From Mesotaenium endlicherianum (taxonomy: Eukaryota), in NCBI GenBank assembly GCA_009602735.1, contig WELA01001161.1, positions 326,776 to 376,675 on the forward strand: a DNA stretch of 49,900 bases, read 5' to 3'. The notes under the pieces are model-generated. The model was given only the letters and a program-made list of their open reading frames with translations. It was not told the origin of the DNA and made no database searches. Position numbers and translations under genes: made by a program. The stretch's first letter is position 1; each line of letters begins with the position of its first letter. Positions 25,101 to 37,576 of this stretch are shown here, piece by piece.

Positions 25101-28100
25101 AATGAAGACCCTGTGACAGACTTTGAGCTGTGCAGGAGCAGGGGAAAGAGAAAGGGAAGGGAGTGCGGGGAATGGAGAAAGATAGAGAGGGAGAAGGGGT
25201 CCGGGAGGGGGCCGGGATGGGCGCTAGATGGACCTTGAGGCCTTCAGAGGAGCAGTCCGCGATGGGCCACCCGTGGTCTCGCGTCGAGAACGGCCACGCG
25301 CCCTTGCTGATGTGCTTGTAGTAGTACGCCATGTCACCCGGGCTGTCGTTTCTAACCTGCCCCACCAGGCAGGCTCCCCCTCCTCTAAAACTCAGGGCCA
25401 GCACGGCAGCTAACTTGTGGCGGCAGCTGTCCGTAAGAGCAGTAGGCCAAGAAAAGAAGATGCCATAACCCCCAACCCTCAAACTCCAACCCCAACCCCA
25501 ACCCCTCTATGGGAGTAGAGCGAGGTGGAAAGACAAGTTGAGGGAAGATCTGCGCACAGGTCCAGTGGGGCGGCGCTGACCTGCGAGCGCTCGATGTAGG
25601 AGTGGGCCTTCTTGAGGGCAGCCCAGACCTCGTGCTGCATGCCAGTGGCATCCAAGGCTTGCACGGCAAACGAGGTGTCCCACAGCTGGCTGCCGTTGTA
25701 CCCCTGCTCTCCCACGCCCCCCCCGCCCCACCCAGGGACCCAGGGGATAAGCATGCAGCACGCATGTTGCAAGCAGCCGTGGCGCCTCATGGAGATGATT
25801 GCACGCCCTCTTGTCTCTTGTTCCCCGATCCCTGCTCCAAAAGTGCACACATCTTCCTTGACTGGAGACCAACATGGGCAACATTGGGTAATATTGGTGA
25901 GCAGCATATCTATCTGCTTCAGTATTACTCTGACAAAATCTGGAACATTTCGACTTAGGAGCTAACCAGAAGAACCGCCCAGCTTGTGGAAAGGAAAGGG
26001 CCACCTCCCCCACCTTCGCCCCCACCTTTCTTTTCCCCCGTTACATTTGACAACATTTGACACAGAAACTCTGACACTTGCGCACGCACACAGAGTGACC
26101 AGCTTACTTCCGAACCCCACCCAGGCACCACGCAGCACTCCAAAAGCCCACCCTGGCCCATCTACAGATGTCTGCTCATCGCACACAAACGGTGCACCTC
26201 AGCCTGCACCTGCCAGACTGGCGCACTGCACTGGTGCTTGTGGAGCGAGGTGAGCCTGGGCTGTCTCGCATCCTCCGAGCCCAAAGCATGCAAGAGGATC
26301 AAGATCAAGCAAGCGTGCGTCGATGGGTGAGCGGATAGGTGGGTGGGTGTGCGGGTGAGTGGGTGGGAGGGGGAGAGGCAGCTTGCAGTTTGCTACCAAG
26401 GCAGTTTGCGGCTTGAGGTTTGCTACCGACCTGCATCCTCATGCCGTCCTCCGCAAGCCAGAGGTAGTCATACAGGCGCGGCAGGTGCTTCTTGAACGCA
26501 TCCGAGTGGGGGTCCTCCACCCAGCAGCACAGCATGTTCAGCACCTGCAGACAGGCACGCACACGCTCACGCCGCCATACACACATGCGCGCGCGCGTGC
26601 GTAAGTGCATGCATGATGCATGCAGCCTGGTGAACGCGCTTCAAGCTTCCTCTTCCTCCAGAAACCTAAGCTCCGGGACTGCCACTGAGCAACACCTCTG
26701 GAACTTGAGGCCCCAAGCTGCATCTTGTTCCTTCAAGCTACAAATGGGTATAATCTGCATATGTGTTTTAAGGTTGTCTGCATATCTATTCATGTGCGCG
26801 TCATGCTGAAACCGTAAAACCAGATGAAGCATTATTCTCGGATATTCATCGCGTTTTACAGGGCGGGGGAAAAGGAAGGAGAGGGCGGGGAGGGAGACCT
26901 TGTTGACAGGCCCGATGTCAATGTAGCGAGTGTTCTCATCCTCATAGTGCACGTGCTCCATGACGTGCGCGAGGGCCTTCTGCCGCAGCACGTTGCCCGG
27001 CCACCTCTGAAGGATGGGCTCCAAGCCGTAGTAAAGTGTGCCCCACAGGAGGTCTTGCACGAGCGGGTGCGGGTAGTACAGGTCCTCCTGGCAAGGGTTG
27101 GGGTAGCAGCAGCAGCAGACAGAGATGTCGCCCTCGTGAGGCTGCTGTCGCAGTTTCTCATTTTGCCACTTGTCTGCAGCAACTTGACACTCGATCTACT
27201 GTCCTCAAAGTGCCCTTCCACTCAGCGGTAAAGTCATACACTAAAGAAATTCATACATACTTCCTTACATAGATACATTATATACACATGTCTACATGCA
27301 CATATACCCGTGTGTACATATATGTACGCCCAGTCACTCAGAGGGGGGGAACTGCCATATGCTGGTTCTGTGCCTGCCTGTCCTTTCCACAGATGCAGCA
27401 AAAAGTAAAGCAGAGCAGTTACAGGAAGTTGGCATCTGCTTGTGCGCATGCATCAGCCGAGCAAGGGCTTGATAAACCACTACCTACTTTGGCACACGTG
27501 TTCCGGGCGGCGTTCCAATCGATGCTCGCGTATGGCCTGTCGTAGATCTCCTCCCTTATGGCGCGGGTGAGGTCTGTGAGGGGGGCGCTGTAGCGGCGGC
27601 CATAGATGTAGCACATGGGCAGGTACACCATCCTGCAGTGACACCACATGCGCCCTGCCCTCAACACATGTCCATCCATCCATCCATCCATCCACATGGC
27701 GCGTATTGGTCTCTCAGCCACGTCCTCTTCTCTGGACAACAGTTCAGTAGCTGGTCTTGAAACTGATATTCCGTGCACCTATATTCAGCTGGCTCTGATG
27801 ATGGCGAGTTTCCGGATAATGGCAAAGCTGTGGTGTGCCCATCCTCAGCACAGTCAGCAACACGACTGCTTCGCTGATGATGCGAAGAACCAACACTAGA
27901 GGAGGGTGCTGGGAAAAGCAAGTCTGACAAATGTATAAATGGATATAGAGACTAACACAGACAATAGTGTTCACATGGCCCCCCCTTGTACTGCACAGAA
28001 AGCTTCGACTCCTGCTTCTTCCATCAACTCCAGGACCAAGCGGCCTGCTCCTTTCCATCAGTTTGAAGTCGACTGATCGGTAAAGCACAAGGGCATTATG

Positions 28101-31100
28101 TCTGCCACGACTAAAACAGGCTCACAACATGAGTAGGTAGGGGGGCTGGTTGCCCCGCTGTGATTATTTTTAGGGCGAACCAAGTCGTGCACGGTGCGCA
28201 TGAATGCTGTGAGGTGGAGAGACTTGCCAGGGTGGAAAGGTAGCAGGTAAGGCAGCAGCCAAGTCTCGGGAGGGAGGGGGTTGTTCCCGTCCCAGTCATG
28301 CACATTCAAGACCTGCTCATCTCCCACAGCCCACACGAGCACACAGGCAGCAGCTCTTCATCATCCCTGCCAGCCATGAGCACTGCAATGATAGAGCACC
28401 ACTAGGACTTGAAGCGGGCATGTGGAGGGGAGATGGTGGGAGGAGCATGGTGGGAGGACGAACGACAGCTGTACCGAGAGCCAGAACTTGCCCCACGACG
28501 TGATGTGAGTGGCGCTGCCATGGCTGATGATCCACGCGCGCGCCCTCTCCATGGCCCCATCCTCCCCCCCGTCAGCTGCCTCCCCCAGCAACCGGAGGCT
28601 CACGTAGTTCAAAACTGACCCAAACATGGTGCTGTGCCCCTCGATGTGCAACCCCCACCCCCCATCCTCGTTCTGTCCACCCCCCAAGCCCCACNNNNNN
28701 NNNNNNNNNNNNNNNNNNNNNNNNNNNNNNNNNNNNNNNNNNNNNNNNNNNNNNNNNNNNNNNNNNNNNNNNNNNNNNNNNNNNNNNNNNNNNNNNNNNN
28801 NNNNNNNNNNNNNNNNNNNNNNNNNNNNNNNNNNNNNNNNNNNNNNNNNNNNNNNNNNNNNNNNNNNNNNNNNNNNNNNNNNNNNNNNNNNNNNNNNNNN
28901 NNNNNNNNNNNNNNNNNNNNNNNNNNNNNNNNNNNNNNNNNNNNNNNNNNNNNNNNNNNNNNNNNNNNNNNNNNNNNNNNNNNNNNNNNNNNNNNNNNNN
29001 NNNNNNNNNNNNNNNNNNNNNNNNNNNNNNNNNNNNNNNNNNNNNNNNNNNNNNNNNNNNNNNNNNNNNNNNNNNNNNNNNNNNNNNNNNNNNNNNNNNN
29101 NNNNNNNNNNNNNNNNNNNNNNNNNNNNNNNNNNNNNNNNNNNNNNNNNNNNNNNNNNNNNNNNNNNNNNNNNNNNNNNNNNNNNNNNNNNNNNNNNNNN
29201 NNNNNNNNNNNNNNNNNNNNNNNNNNNNNNNNNNNNNNNNNNNNNNNNNNNNNNNNNNNNNNNNNNNNNNNNNNNNNNNNNNNNNNNNNNNNNNNNNNNN
29301 NNNNNNNNNNNNNNNNNNNNNNNNNNNNNNNNNNNNNNNNNNNNNNNNNNNNNNNNNNNNNCAAGCCCCACCCCCCCCCAACAGGCACGCGCCACAGCAA
29401 TCAATAAAAGTCAGACTGACTGCAGACCTGCCACCTAGCATATGCTTGCAACCTTCTCCTCCACCTGGACAGTGTCAGCTCCCAAGAGAGCGCAAGTTAC
29501 CCTGCCCTTTGGCTGCTGGGATCGAGGAGAATAATTAAGCTCTAGGCCTGGCCTGCCCTTTGTCGGCCAATCAGGTGCTTGCACTGAAATCTACCTGATG
29601 ATTGTACAGATAGCGCTTCATCTCTTTCTTGTGCTCCTCGCTGAGAACCGCGTTCAGGCAGCCAGTCACGTGGCATGCAATAATCTGCAGCCGCAAAGGG
29701 ACGGAATTAATTTGATTCAAGAGGCACCTAGTGCACCAGGGGTGCGTAAGAAGACTTGTCCACTTGAGGAGGTCAGCAGACAAGCATACAGGGAAGTGCG
29801 AAGTCTGAGACACACTCATGCTGCTGGCCAGAAAAGGAGACGGTGTTATCAAGCCCAGAAGATGCACGGCGAGAAAAGCTTCCAGGGAAAGGCTCAGAGT
29901 CCAGGGACCAGCTCAACTAGAGGAGACACTAGGAAAGCAAGGGGTATTGTGCGGAATGCAACTTAGGGCCTAGGCTAGGGCAACCTGACAGGCCCCGGTA
30001 ACAAATTCCTTCACACATGTACCATCAGCAACCCCCTAGCTCAGCAGAATTCAAATAGACATTCGGAAAGAATATGGCGTCAGCCAGGTCATCAGCTTTC
30101 AAACTCTGTGTTGGCTGGATCCAAATCGTGTATATTCCCAAAAGCAGCTCTGTAGATGCAGCATCTCTGTATTTGCTTACAGGCATTGTGTGGACCAGGT
30201 AGTTGCAGAGGGCAGCTTCATCTTCTTATATTATAGAGGTGTTGACAAGCATAGCTGCACATGCAAATCTAGCAACTGCTTGCATGAGTGCTTGCTCGGG
30301 TTATACAGCCCAAAGGCTAGAAGCTGCAACCTTGAGGAGATTAACAGCATTCAATGAATACAACCAGGAGCAGCTTGTAACTTGTGTTGAAGAGCATACC
30401 ATGCCAGGCATGAGAAACATAGGACCGCCATAGTCTCCTGCCCAGTGGCCATCGTGAGCTTGAATACTGGAGTAATATCGCATAGACCTGGTCAGGGTAC
30501 TCTCCACAGCTTCGGTAAAGTGTGGAGCTGAGAAAGCTTCCGCATCAAGTTTGATTTGTGATGGAAGCTTTGGCAGTGGATTTTCTCTTGCATACTGCAC
30601 ACAACCAGTGGTGAACGCCATAAGAATCATTAAGCAAGCAACTTCACCGTATTTGATACTGCACCGGCTTTCTGATGACTACCTAAGCTAGGCGCTAAGT
30701 CTACACCTATCAACAAGTAGTCCCAGTATCAATTTGTTGTGACAGGACCAACAATATCCAGGTGCCAGTATGGTGAATGTTGAGGTGCTTGAGGGAGACT
30801 GATGTATGGTGCTCAGGGCCAGAGAAGAGTATAATGAATTGAGAAGGTGAAGGGTGCTGATCCCGTCTCAACTGTCAGTGGTTTCTGAGAGCTTCACATA
30901 TACATGGAGAGAGTTCACAAAGTTTGATAAGTGATTATGAATCAGATGTCACATGGTTCCGGCTAAGCAAGCGCTAGGCTACACCAATCAGTTTCACTTG
31001 CTCTTCATACATGAAGGACAGTACGCACTTATTATGATATCCGGGCATCGGCTCACCTGCAACCTCATGAGCTCATCTGAGCTGTGCTTTTGAGTAAATC

Positions 31101-31254
31101 TGTTCGCACGAAACTTCGCTCTCAACTCTTCAATGACAGCTCTATCTTGAGGAGACCCAGCATTGCTATCATACTCCCATATCTGACGACCGGGATGGTC
31201 ACTCAAAGTCACGAGCCACGGATTTCCACCGGTAGCTACTTTAAGACTCCACAT
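19182..31254 (-). CDS. CAS1: 2,3-oxidosqualene cyclase, cycloartenol synthase type, about 766 aa
   Basis: 18 exons: 31057-31254, 30400-30594, 29595-29684, 28475-28672, 28228-28312, 27488-27654, 26899-27087, 26431-26544, 25581-25703, 25234-25356, 24440-24538, 23615-23671, 22612-22658, 21646-21789, 20700-20877, 20171-20251, 19656-19739, 19182-19310 (2301 nt, in frame). Motifs: [58 protein letters not shown] repeats, [13 protein letters not shown]. The Tyr/His/Ile residues that distinguish CAS from lanosterol synthase (GYNG; DHGWPI) are present. Confidence 0.96.
22301..22390. repeat. 30-bp minisatellite, 3 good copies plus degenerate flanking copies, in CAS intron 13
   Basis: GTCAACNNCTGAGGAGGGGCNNANGGTNCA at 22301, 22331 and 22361; decayed copies near 22230, 22391 and 22431. 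Confidence 0.9.
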
Positions 31255-32225
31255 TAGGTTTGTCAACCTGACAAGAGTGTTCTTTTCCCTAGACAGAACG
31301 AATGGCTACATGCTTATCATAAAGCTTAATATAGGCGGCAGAAAGCACAAACATCAAATCATGAAGTTCTTCAGCCAGTCATCTCTATGTACTTCAGTCT
31401 ACTTCGCCAAAACTTGAATTTTAACATATTCTGCATGCATAGTATCGATTGCTGGAAAGTCGAGACGCGAGAACAGCTCCCGACGTTACTTGACGTGCGG
31501 CATCATCCTTGTTCGCTCCATAATCAACACATACTCGATAAAACCGATTTCAAAATCATGATACGAACCATCGAACACTAAACCAAACTAAACGACCCAA
31601 GGGGGCCCGGTCAGTTGGGGCAGCCTACACCCTAATTGGATCCGCCCGTGGTCGTTTTCCGCCCCGCATATTGTTTCCCGGCCTCATCGATATCTCGTAT
31701 ACTCGCGCTCCGAAACGCAATAATGCATCACGACCTAGAACGCGAATACTCTCTAAAGTGCTCCGAAGCTCCGAAGCGCAGTAATTGACAGACATGCTCA
31801 TCTTCACGAGCCCCTGCTTCAAGTGCTAGGGCCTTCGTCACATAAAACCACATAAATGTGAGTTGGAGCGAGGAAGTGCCAATTGGCATGGCCAGCAATT
31901 CGTGGCCCCTCGACTGTTCCTAGCTCCATGCAGCCTAGGAGCGTATTAAATAAGGTATATTGAAAATAGTTGGTGACTACAACCGTCCGCGACTCTGTGT
32001 TCTTGATTTTTTACCTGACTATATTTTACTACTAAAATTCATCTGCTGTGTCCGACACGCCGAGTCTTGGGACATTGTGTTCAAGCTTTCTGTGATACTA
32101 ATTTCTTCAATATATTGTCGGTCATTATTTTCATATCTGCATCGTTCTCATGTGGCATTTTGAAAGTAACAGATTAAGGGACAAACTTTAGTCTGGTCAG
32201 GGAGGTTCTATCTGCATGCTCTGTT

Positions 32226-32552
32226 ATGTTCTTCTTTGGAAGTGCTGCCCCTGAGTTGGGCAGGATTATTCAGCAGGGAGCTGCCGTATGCCCACGTTGT
32301 GGATCGCCTGCTTCATTGGCAGAAGTTGAAACCGTGGCTAGAGTGTTTTTTATACCCGTCTATCGTTGGGGGCGGAGAGTCAACATTTTTTGTGAGCATT
32401 GTGGTTTGACGCTGCCAGTTGACGAATATGATACTCAGAGGCAGATTCCTCGCCAGGTCCCTTATGAAGTCGTATGCAGGAGTTGTGGTGGCGCTTTGAA
32501 CCCTAGCTTCCGCTTTTGTCCTCAGTGTGGTGCGCCTACTCATGACTCGTGA
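32226..32552 (+). CDS. Small double zinc-ribbon protein (four CxxC pairs), zinc_ribbon_15-like, function unknown
   Basis: Single-exon 108-aa ORF with an MFFF start, CPRC, VFFIPVYRW, CEHC, CRSC and FRFCPQCG. This pattern matches a conserved uncharacterised zinc-ribbon family found in plants. Confidence 0.85.
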   Translation: MFFFGSAAPELGRIIQQGAAVCPRCGSPASLAEVETVARVFFIPVYRWGRRVNIFCEHCGLTLPVDEYDTQRQIPRQVPYEVVCRSCGGALNPSFRFCPQCGAPTHDS

Positions 32553-34096
32553 GCAAGGGTAAATCTGCACTTTTCAGGCCAAAGGCTCGATGACTTTTCA
32601 CCTACGGAGTTTGACTTTAGACTTGCACAGAATCAGAGGAATGCAAGGGTGTTGTTGCCTAGAAGTACAAGAGAGCAAAACTCTGCTAGGAATATGTGTA
32701 TGTATATACAGCTACAAATTTGTATATGTAAGTACATTTGGGGATGGCATGAAGTCAGAGTATCAAAGACACCAACAATGTACACCAGCTTTATATGAAG
32801 TTAGGAGCATCCGATGTGGCCGGCCTTGTGAGAAGTAGAGTAAACGTTTCAAATTTAGAAGTCAAAGGCTGAGCTATACCTATCTTGTGAATATATGCAT
32901 GCCTTACAGTTGCCTCCACATTGTAAATATAGAATTTATCAGTTTAATGTCTTTTGCTAGTATTGGTACGTGAACAGGGACTGGCTCAAGGATCTATTTG
33001 CTCCATTCATTCCATCAAAGCAGAAGTGCGAGGATCTCATATCTGATAACCCTGTGACATGCCCTTCAGTCTACACGTTACTTGAGCCTACTAGAGATAG
33101 CTTCAGCCTGTATATTGAAGTATGCCTACACTTACGTGGTATTCGAGGCTCCATAATTCTGTAGGCATTTGTATACCTGCTTTATTAGCAACGCACAAGG
33201 TGTCATGAAGGTTTTGGTACATAGCTTCTGAGTCAAAATTGTTTCCTCTACGCATATAGCTGGATATAGGAGTTAAAAAGAGCAACATGTCTAATGTGCG
33301 TATACTATAATGTACGAGGTTCAAAAGGTGGTGATGCACCTCTGAAGCTCAAAAGGGCATTCCTATACTCACAAGCTGACGCACGGGCATTAAATGACTG
33401 CATAATAGACCATTTGAACAAAATTTTGCGCAAGAAAGCAGATGTACAGTGCCGATTCACAAGCTTGACATATTTATTTTGTCAAAGTAGATCCTTTTTG
33501 TTCCTCAAGGGAATGCTTTGTTGTCCACGACAATGACCTTAAAAGGGTGAAGAGTCACTTCACTACTTGGACACATATGAAGAAAACCGCCAAGCAGACT
33601 GCGCGAGAGATCCTCAATAAGACGACATCATTTCATTTATCGTTTAAATTCAGGCGGTCTACTAACTACTAGCCTTTCTTAGTGCCATCTCTGGAGCAGC
33701 ATTGTTTTGGGGAGGAAACATGCTTACTTGCCAAATGGGAAAGATGTTGCGCAAGACACGTCGTGCATCGATGTCTGTACAGGTGACTGTAGTGAGAAGG
33801 TTTTACACCAGAATCACGTGCAGACAACTAGTCCAATGGTGATACCAGGCGGTCTGTAATTCGCTATACAGGTTGACGTCAGCAATCTTCTTTCCTACGT
33901 TTTCCTTGGGAGGGGCATCCTGCATAAATATCTCTGCCTACTGTCCTCCCTAAAAGTTAACATTTGACCAAGTAACTTCTCAGAGCACTATGCCCTTCCC
34001 TGCTCGGGTGGTTCTATTACACTCCAGTTTTATTCTTCAAGAGCATCAACAACGAGAGATATTTTGAAACATGTTGCACATCACCTAAGATGTAGA

Positions 34097-36530
34097 TCAA
34101 TCCAGCTTAGAGATCACAGCATCCACCATTTCTCGGGTTGTTGAAGCCCCACCCAGATCCTTCGTGCGGATAATGCCTTCACCAACAACGTCCATGACTG
34201 CTCGTTCAAGCCGGTCTGCAAACGAAGGGAACTGCAGATGCCGCAGCATCATAGCCGAGGAAAGGAGCAGAGCCGTAGGATTTGCATTTTGGCCACGAAC
34301 AAGCTTCTCGTTTCCCACGTTTCCTGCTGATGCACCTTGCTCGAATATGGCACAGTCAGCACCCACATTTCCTGCCACCAGCACATACCCCCAGGGTTGA
34401 CAGATGACCATGAGAGGAGTTTCACAGCCAAAGATGCAGCTGCTTTTGTCTTGCTGGCCGTAAAGAATCCCATGTTTTGTCTGGTGAACAAAGACAATCA
34501 GTAAATTCTGCTTGAGCTGAAACACTTGATCATACAGCCACCTTTTGAGCCGGCAGTGTCGCAAGAAAGACATCACCCATATTGCATCACCCCTTGACCA
34601 GGTGAAGAATGTCAGACAGCTCCAAAGCCATCTTTTCTACAGCTCTTTGCAATTCTGAAACCTTTCTTGCCCCGCCCCTCCAGTCCCTTTTCCCCTCCTC
34701 TGTGAATAACTTCACCCTTGTGGAAGATGTGCCGGGACATGCCAAGATGCACAAAACCCGGGGAGGTCAAACATGCAGGAGACAGTATGGGGAGTTGAGC
34801 GCCAGTTGAGAAAAGGTGTCAAACGAGCCTGGGAATCTGTGATGTAGATGGCCCACTGTTTCTACAGCATAAAAGTCAGAGGCGTGTGGCATACCTCCGG
34901 GCATGACTCCTGTTCCTCCAGCTATACCAGCTGCTGTATTGGCTACAAGGGTTCCGTACAGATTGGGCGTCACCTGTTCATTGTACAACCAATGAGAGGA
35001 CTATGTTAAAAGCCTAAATTTTCAGATTGAACTGGCTTAGGTTGGTAATTTGATGGCAAACAGAGCAAGGAAGCAAAGAGAGCCATGGCAAAAGATGTGA
35101 CTACCACTTACTACCATGCATCTACGACAAACAGAAAAAAATCTCCGTCGTTCCCGTTGTAACTTTTAGAATGACAGACAACACCCAAGTTCGACTGTGA
35201 CACACAGGTGAGCATAATCAAGCAAGCACTCACTTCAGTCATTGAAGCGCAGAGAATATGTTTATGGAACTACAATACTTGCATATAGAGGCATAAAGAT
35301 AAATAGTCCCAACTATATTTGTTCGGATATTAGTGGAGAAGAAGCCTTACCATGACATCAAACTGCTGAGGCTTGGAGACAAGCTGCATACAGCAGTTGT
35401 CCACAATCACCTCATTATATCTGATGTTTGGGTACATCTTGGCCACCTCTCGGCATGACTCGAGAAACAGACCATCAGCAAGCTTCATGATATTTGCCTT
35501 GTGTACTGCTGTCACCATCTTGCGGTTGTTCAGATATGCATACTCGAAGGCATACTTGGCGATGCGCTCTGAGCAGAACTTTGTAATCACCTTGCAACAG
35601 GAATAAGACATCAAGCTCAAGTTAGGATAACAGACATTCGATCTTGAATCAGCACTGCAAACAATCCAGATGCAAATGGAGACAAATCTCTGGCAAAAGA
35701 GGCCAATAAAGTATACCTCCTTGTCCATTGCTACAGTGACAAAGCAGATTGTATATCTTAAAAAGCAATCATAGAAGCAGCAATTCCTTCCTCTGGCACA
35801 ATGTGAGCTACTGCACTTTCCCCAAAAGAAAAATGGGGAATGTATGTGGAGCAAGTGTTAAGCGGACATGTTTTTTTTATTAGCTTCCTGCACAACATGC
35901 ATACTGAAGTCACGTTCTCCAGGATGTATTGCTTTATAAAAGTTCAGACCTTGCAAGACCAGTATCTCACTTTGCAGGTAAGCAAGGTTTGTGCTTAGTA
36001 TCTACCTTAAGACTTTCGACCACACCAGGCACCACCTCGTGTTCAAGGCCAGAGTATTCTCCTTCTGTATTCTCCCGAATAACGACAATGTCCACCCCTT
36101 CATGCCGAGTCTTCAGGCCAGGAATGTTTACACAATGGGCTAAATGAGCATACAAGTCTAACTCCTTCCTTAGCTGCACATTTAGGGAACTGACACCGCC
36201 TCCAACTGGTGTTGCTAACCCTCCCTTTATGCACACCTTGTTCTTCTTTATAGAATCAATGACCTCATAAGGAACCCGCTCCATTCTCCCAGAGATGTCA
36301 TAGCTTTCAAAGTAGACAGGTGCATGGAGTGCCTTCATCACATCAATTACTGCGTCAGTGACGAGAGGGCCAATGCCATCCCCAGGCAGAAGAGTGACTG
36401 CGCGAGGAGATCCATCTCCTGGTCTAGGCATGTAAGTGACCGATCTCTGGTGAACCACCGATGCGGGAGCCAGGACTCCTCTGCTAACATGTGAGCGAAC
36501 TCTACTAGCCACTCTAGCAAGAGAAGCCAT
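34097..36530 (-). CDS. IDH1: Mitochondrial NAD-dependent isocitrate dehydrogenase, regulatory (non-catalytic) subunit, about 372 aa
   Basis: Exons 36006-36530, 35351-35590, 34895-34973, 34097-34371 (1119 nt). Arg/Ser/Ala-rich transit peptide, [61 protein letters not shown] lacks the metal-binding Asp residues of the catalytic subunit (PNLYGDIxSD). Confidence 0.95.
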
Positions 36531-36711
36531 CACGCGACCAGATCTGATTTTCCCCTTAAAAGGTGGAAAGGAAGACCTGTCTTAGGACCTTAGCGACTAG
36601 GAATCAAGCAAACCAGCAACCAGTTCTAGGATTCACTAGGAATAGTTGCTGCAAGATTGAAGCGTCAGACTGTATTTCCCAGTATTTCCCCTCTACTTTA
36701 AAAAGCGAGGT

Positions 36712-36808
36712 CACGTGGTTAGACTTCAACGTTAATGCTTGGGCTGTGCTTGGGCCGTGCTTGGGCCGGCTTGGGCTCAGCTTGGTGCAGTTTGGGCCAA
36801 ATTGGGCC
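36712..36808. promoter_or_regulatory. IDH upstream region: G-box plus six site II (TGGGCY) elements
   Basis: CACGTG at 36712-36717; TGGGCY at 36740, 36751, 36762, 36772, 36793 and 36803, about 210-280 bp upstream of the IDH ATG. Confidence 0.7.
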
Positions 36809-37576
36809 AGTTCAGCCAGAATACAGGTCTGAGCAAAGAGGTTTTTGAAAACACTGACACAATCACAAGACAACGTACCTGCTACGGCGTGCTACGCGCA
36901 CAGCAATCGTAATTGGTCCTACTTCTGGGTCCGACTCCCGTCGAGTCGCCACTGAGGTCAAATCATTGTTGACCAGTATGCGGTCCGAATATCAAGATGA
37001 AAAACTGTACTAGGACACTTCAGTTCAAGCGATGCCAATACAAACAGCTTGGAAGTTGCAGCAATATTCTGCAACAATTATTGCGCATATCAAATGCTTA
37101 AGCTTCACGATATAGACATGATAGAACAATGTATACATGTGCATGTCTCTCTATCGTGGTCATGAACTAGGCAACCAACATATTGTCTGGATTTTGTCTT
37201 GATTTCTTAACAAGAAATCTACACTTACTTTCAAGTCACACGCAGATCGTGTGATGCAGATATTAGTCATTCAACATAAAATCCGTCACACAATCACATA
37301 TGTATGCTGTGACCAAAGGCACCTCTTCATATGAAAGATGATCAACAATAACCACAATGTGACACCCCCGATTACATCACAGACACTGGTGGGCCGGTAC
37401 ATTATCAAAAATGAAAGCACAAAACTAGTGTATTTAAAACCTTCAATTTGATAGATGAGGGACAACCTTTGGAACTTCTTTGTACAGGTTTGTGACAACG
37501 TGCGACTAATTTGTCGTGTGTGCCACTCATAAGATCAGCGTCAATATGCCTAAGACAAGTGGCCGTACTATGCAAA

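Noticed and set aside
10937..36530. Metabolic gene cluster (PEPCK, CAS, IDH)
   Set aside because: Unrelated primary-metabolism pathways, and no P450, acyltransferase or glycosyltransferase genes typical of triterpene clusters.
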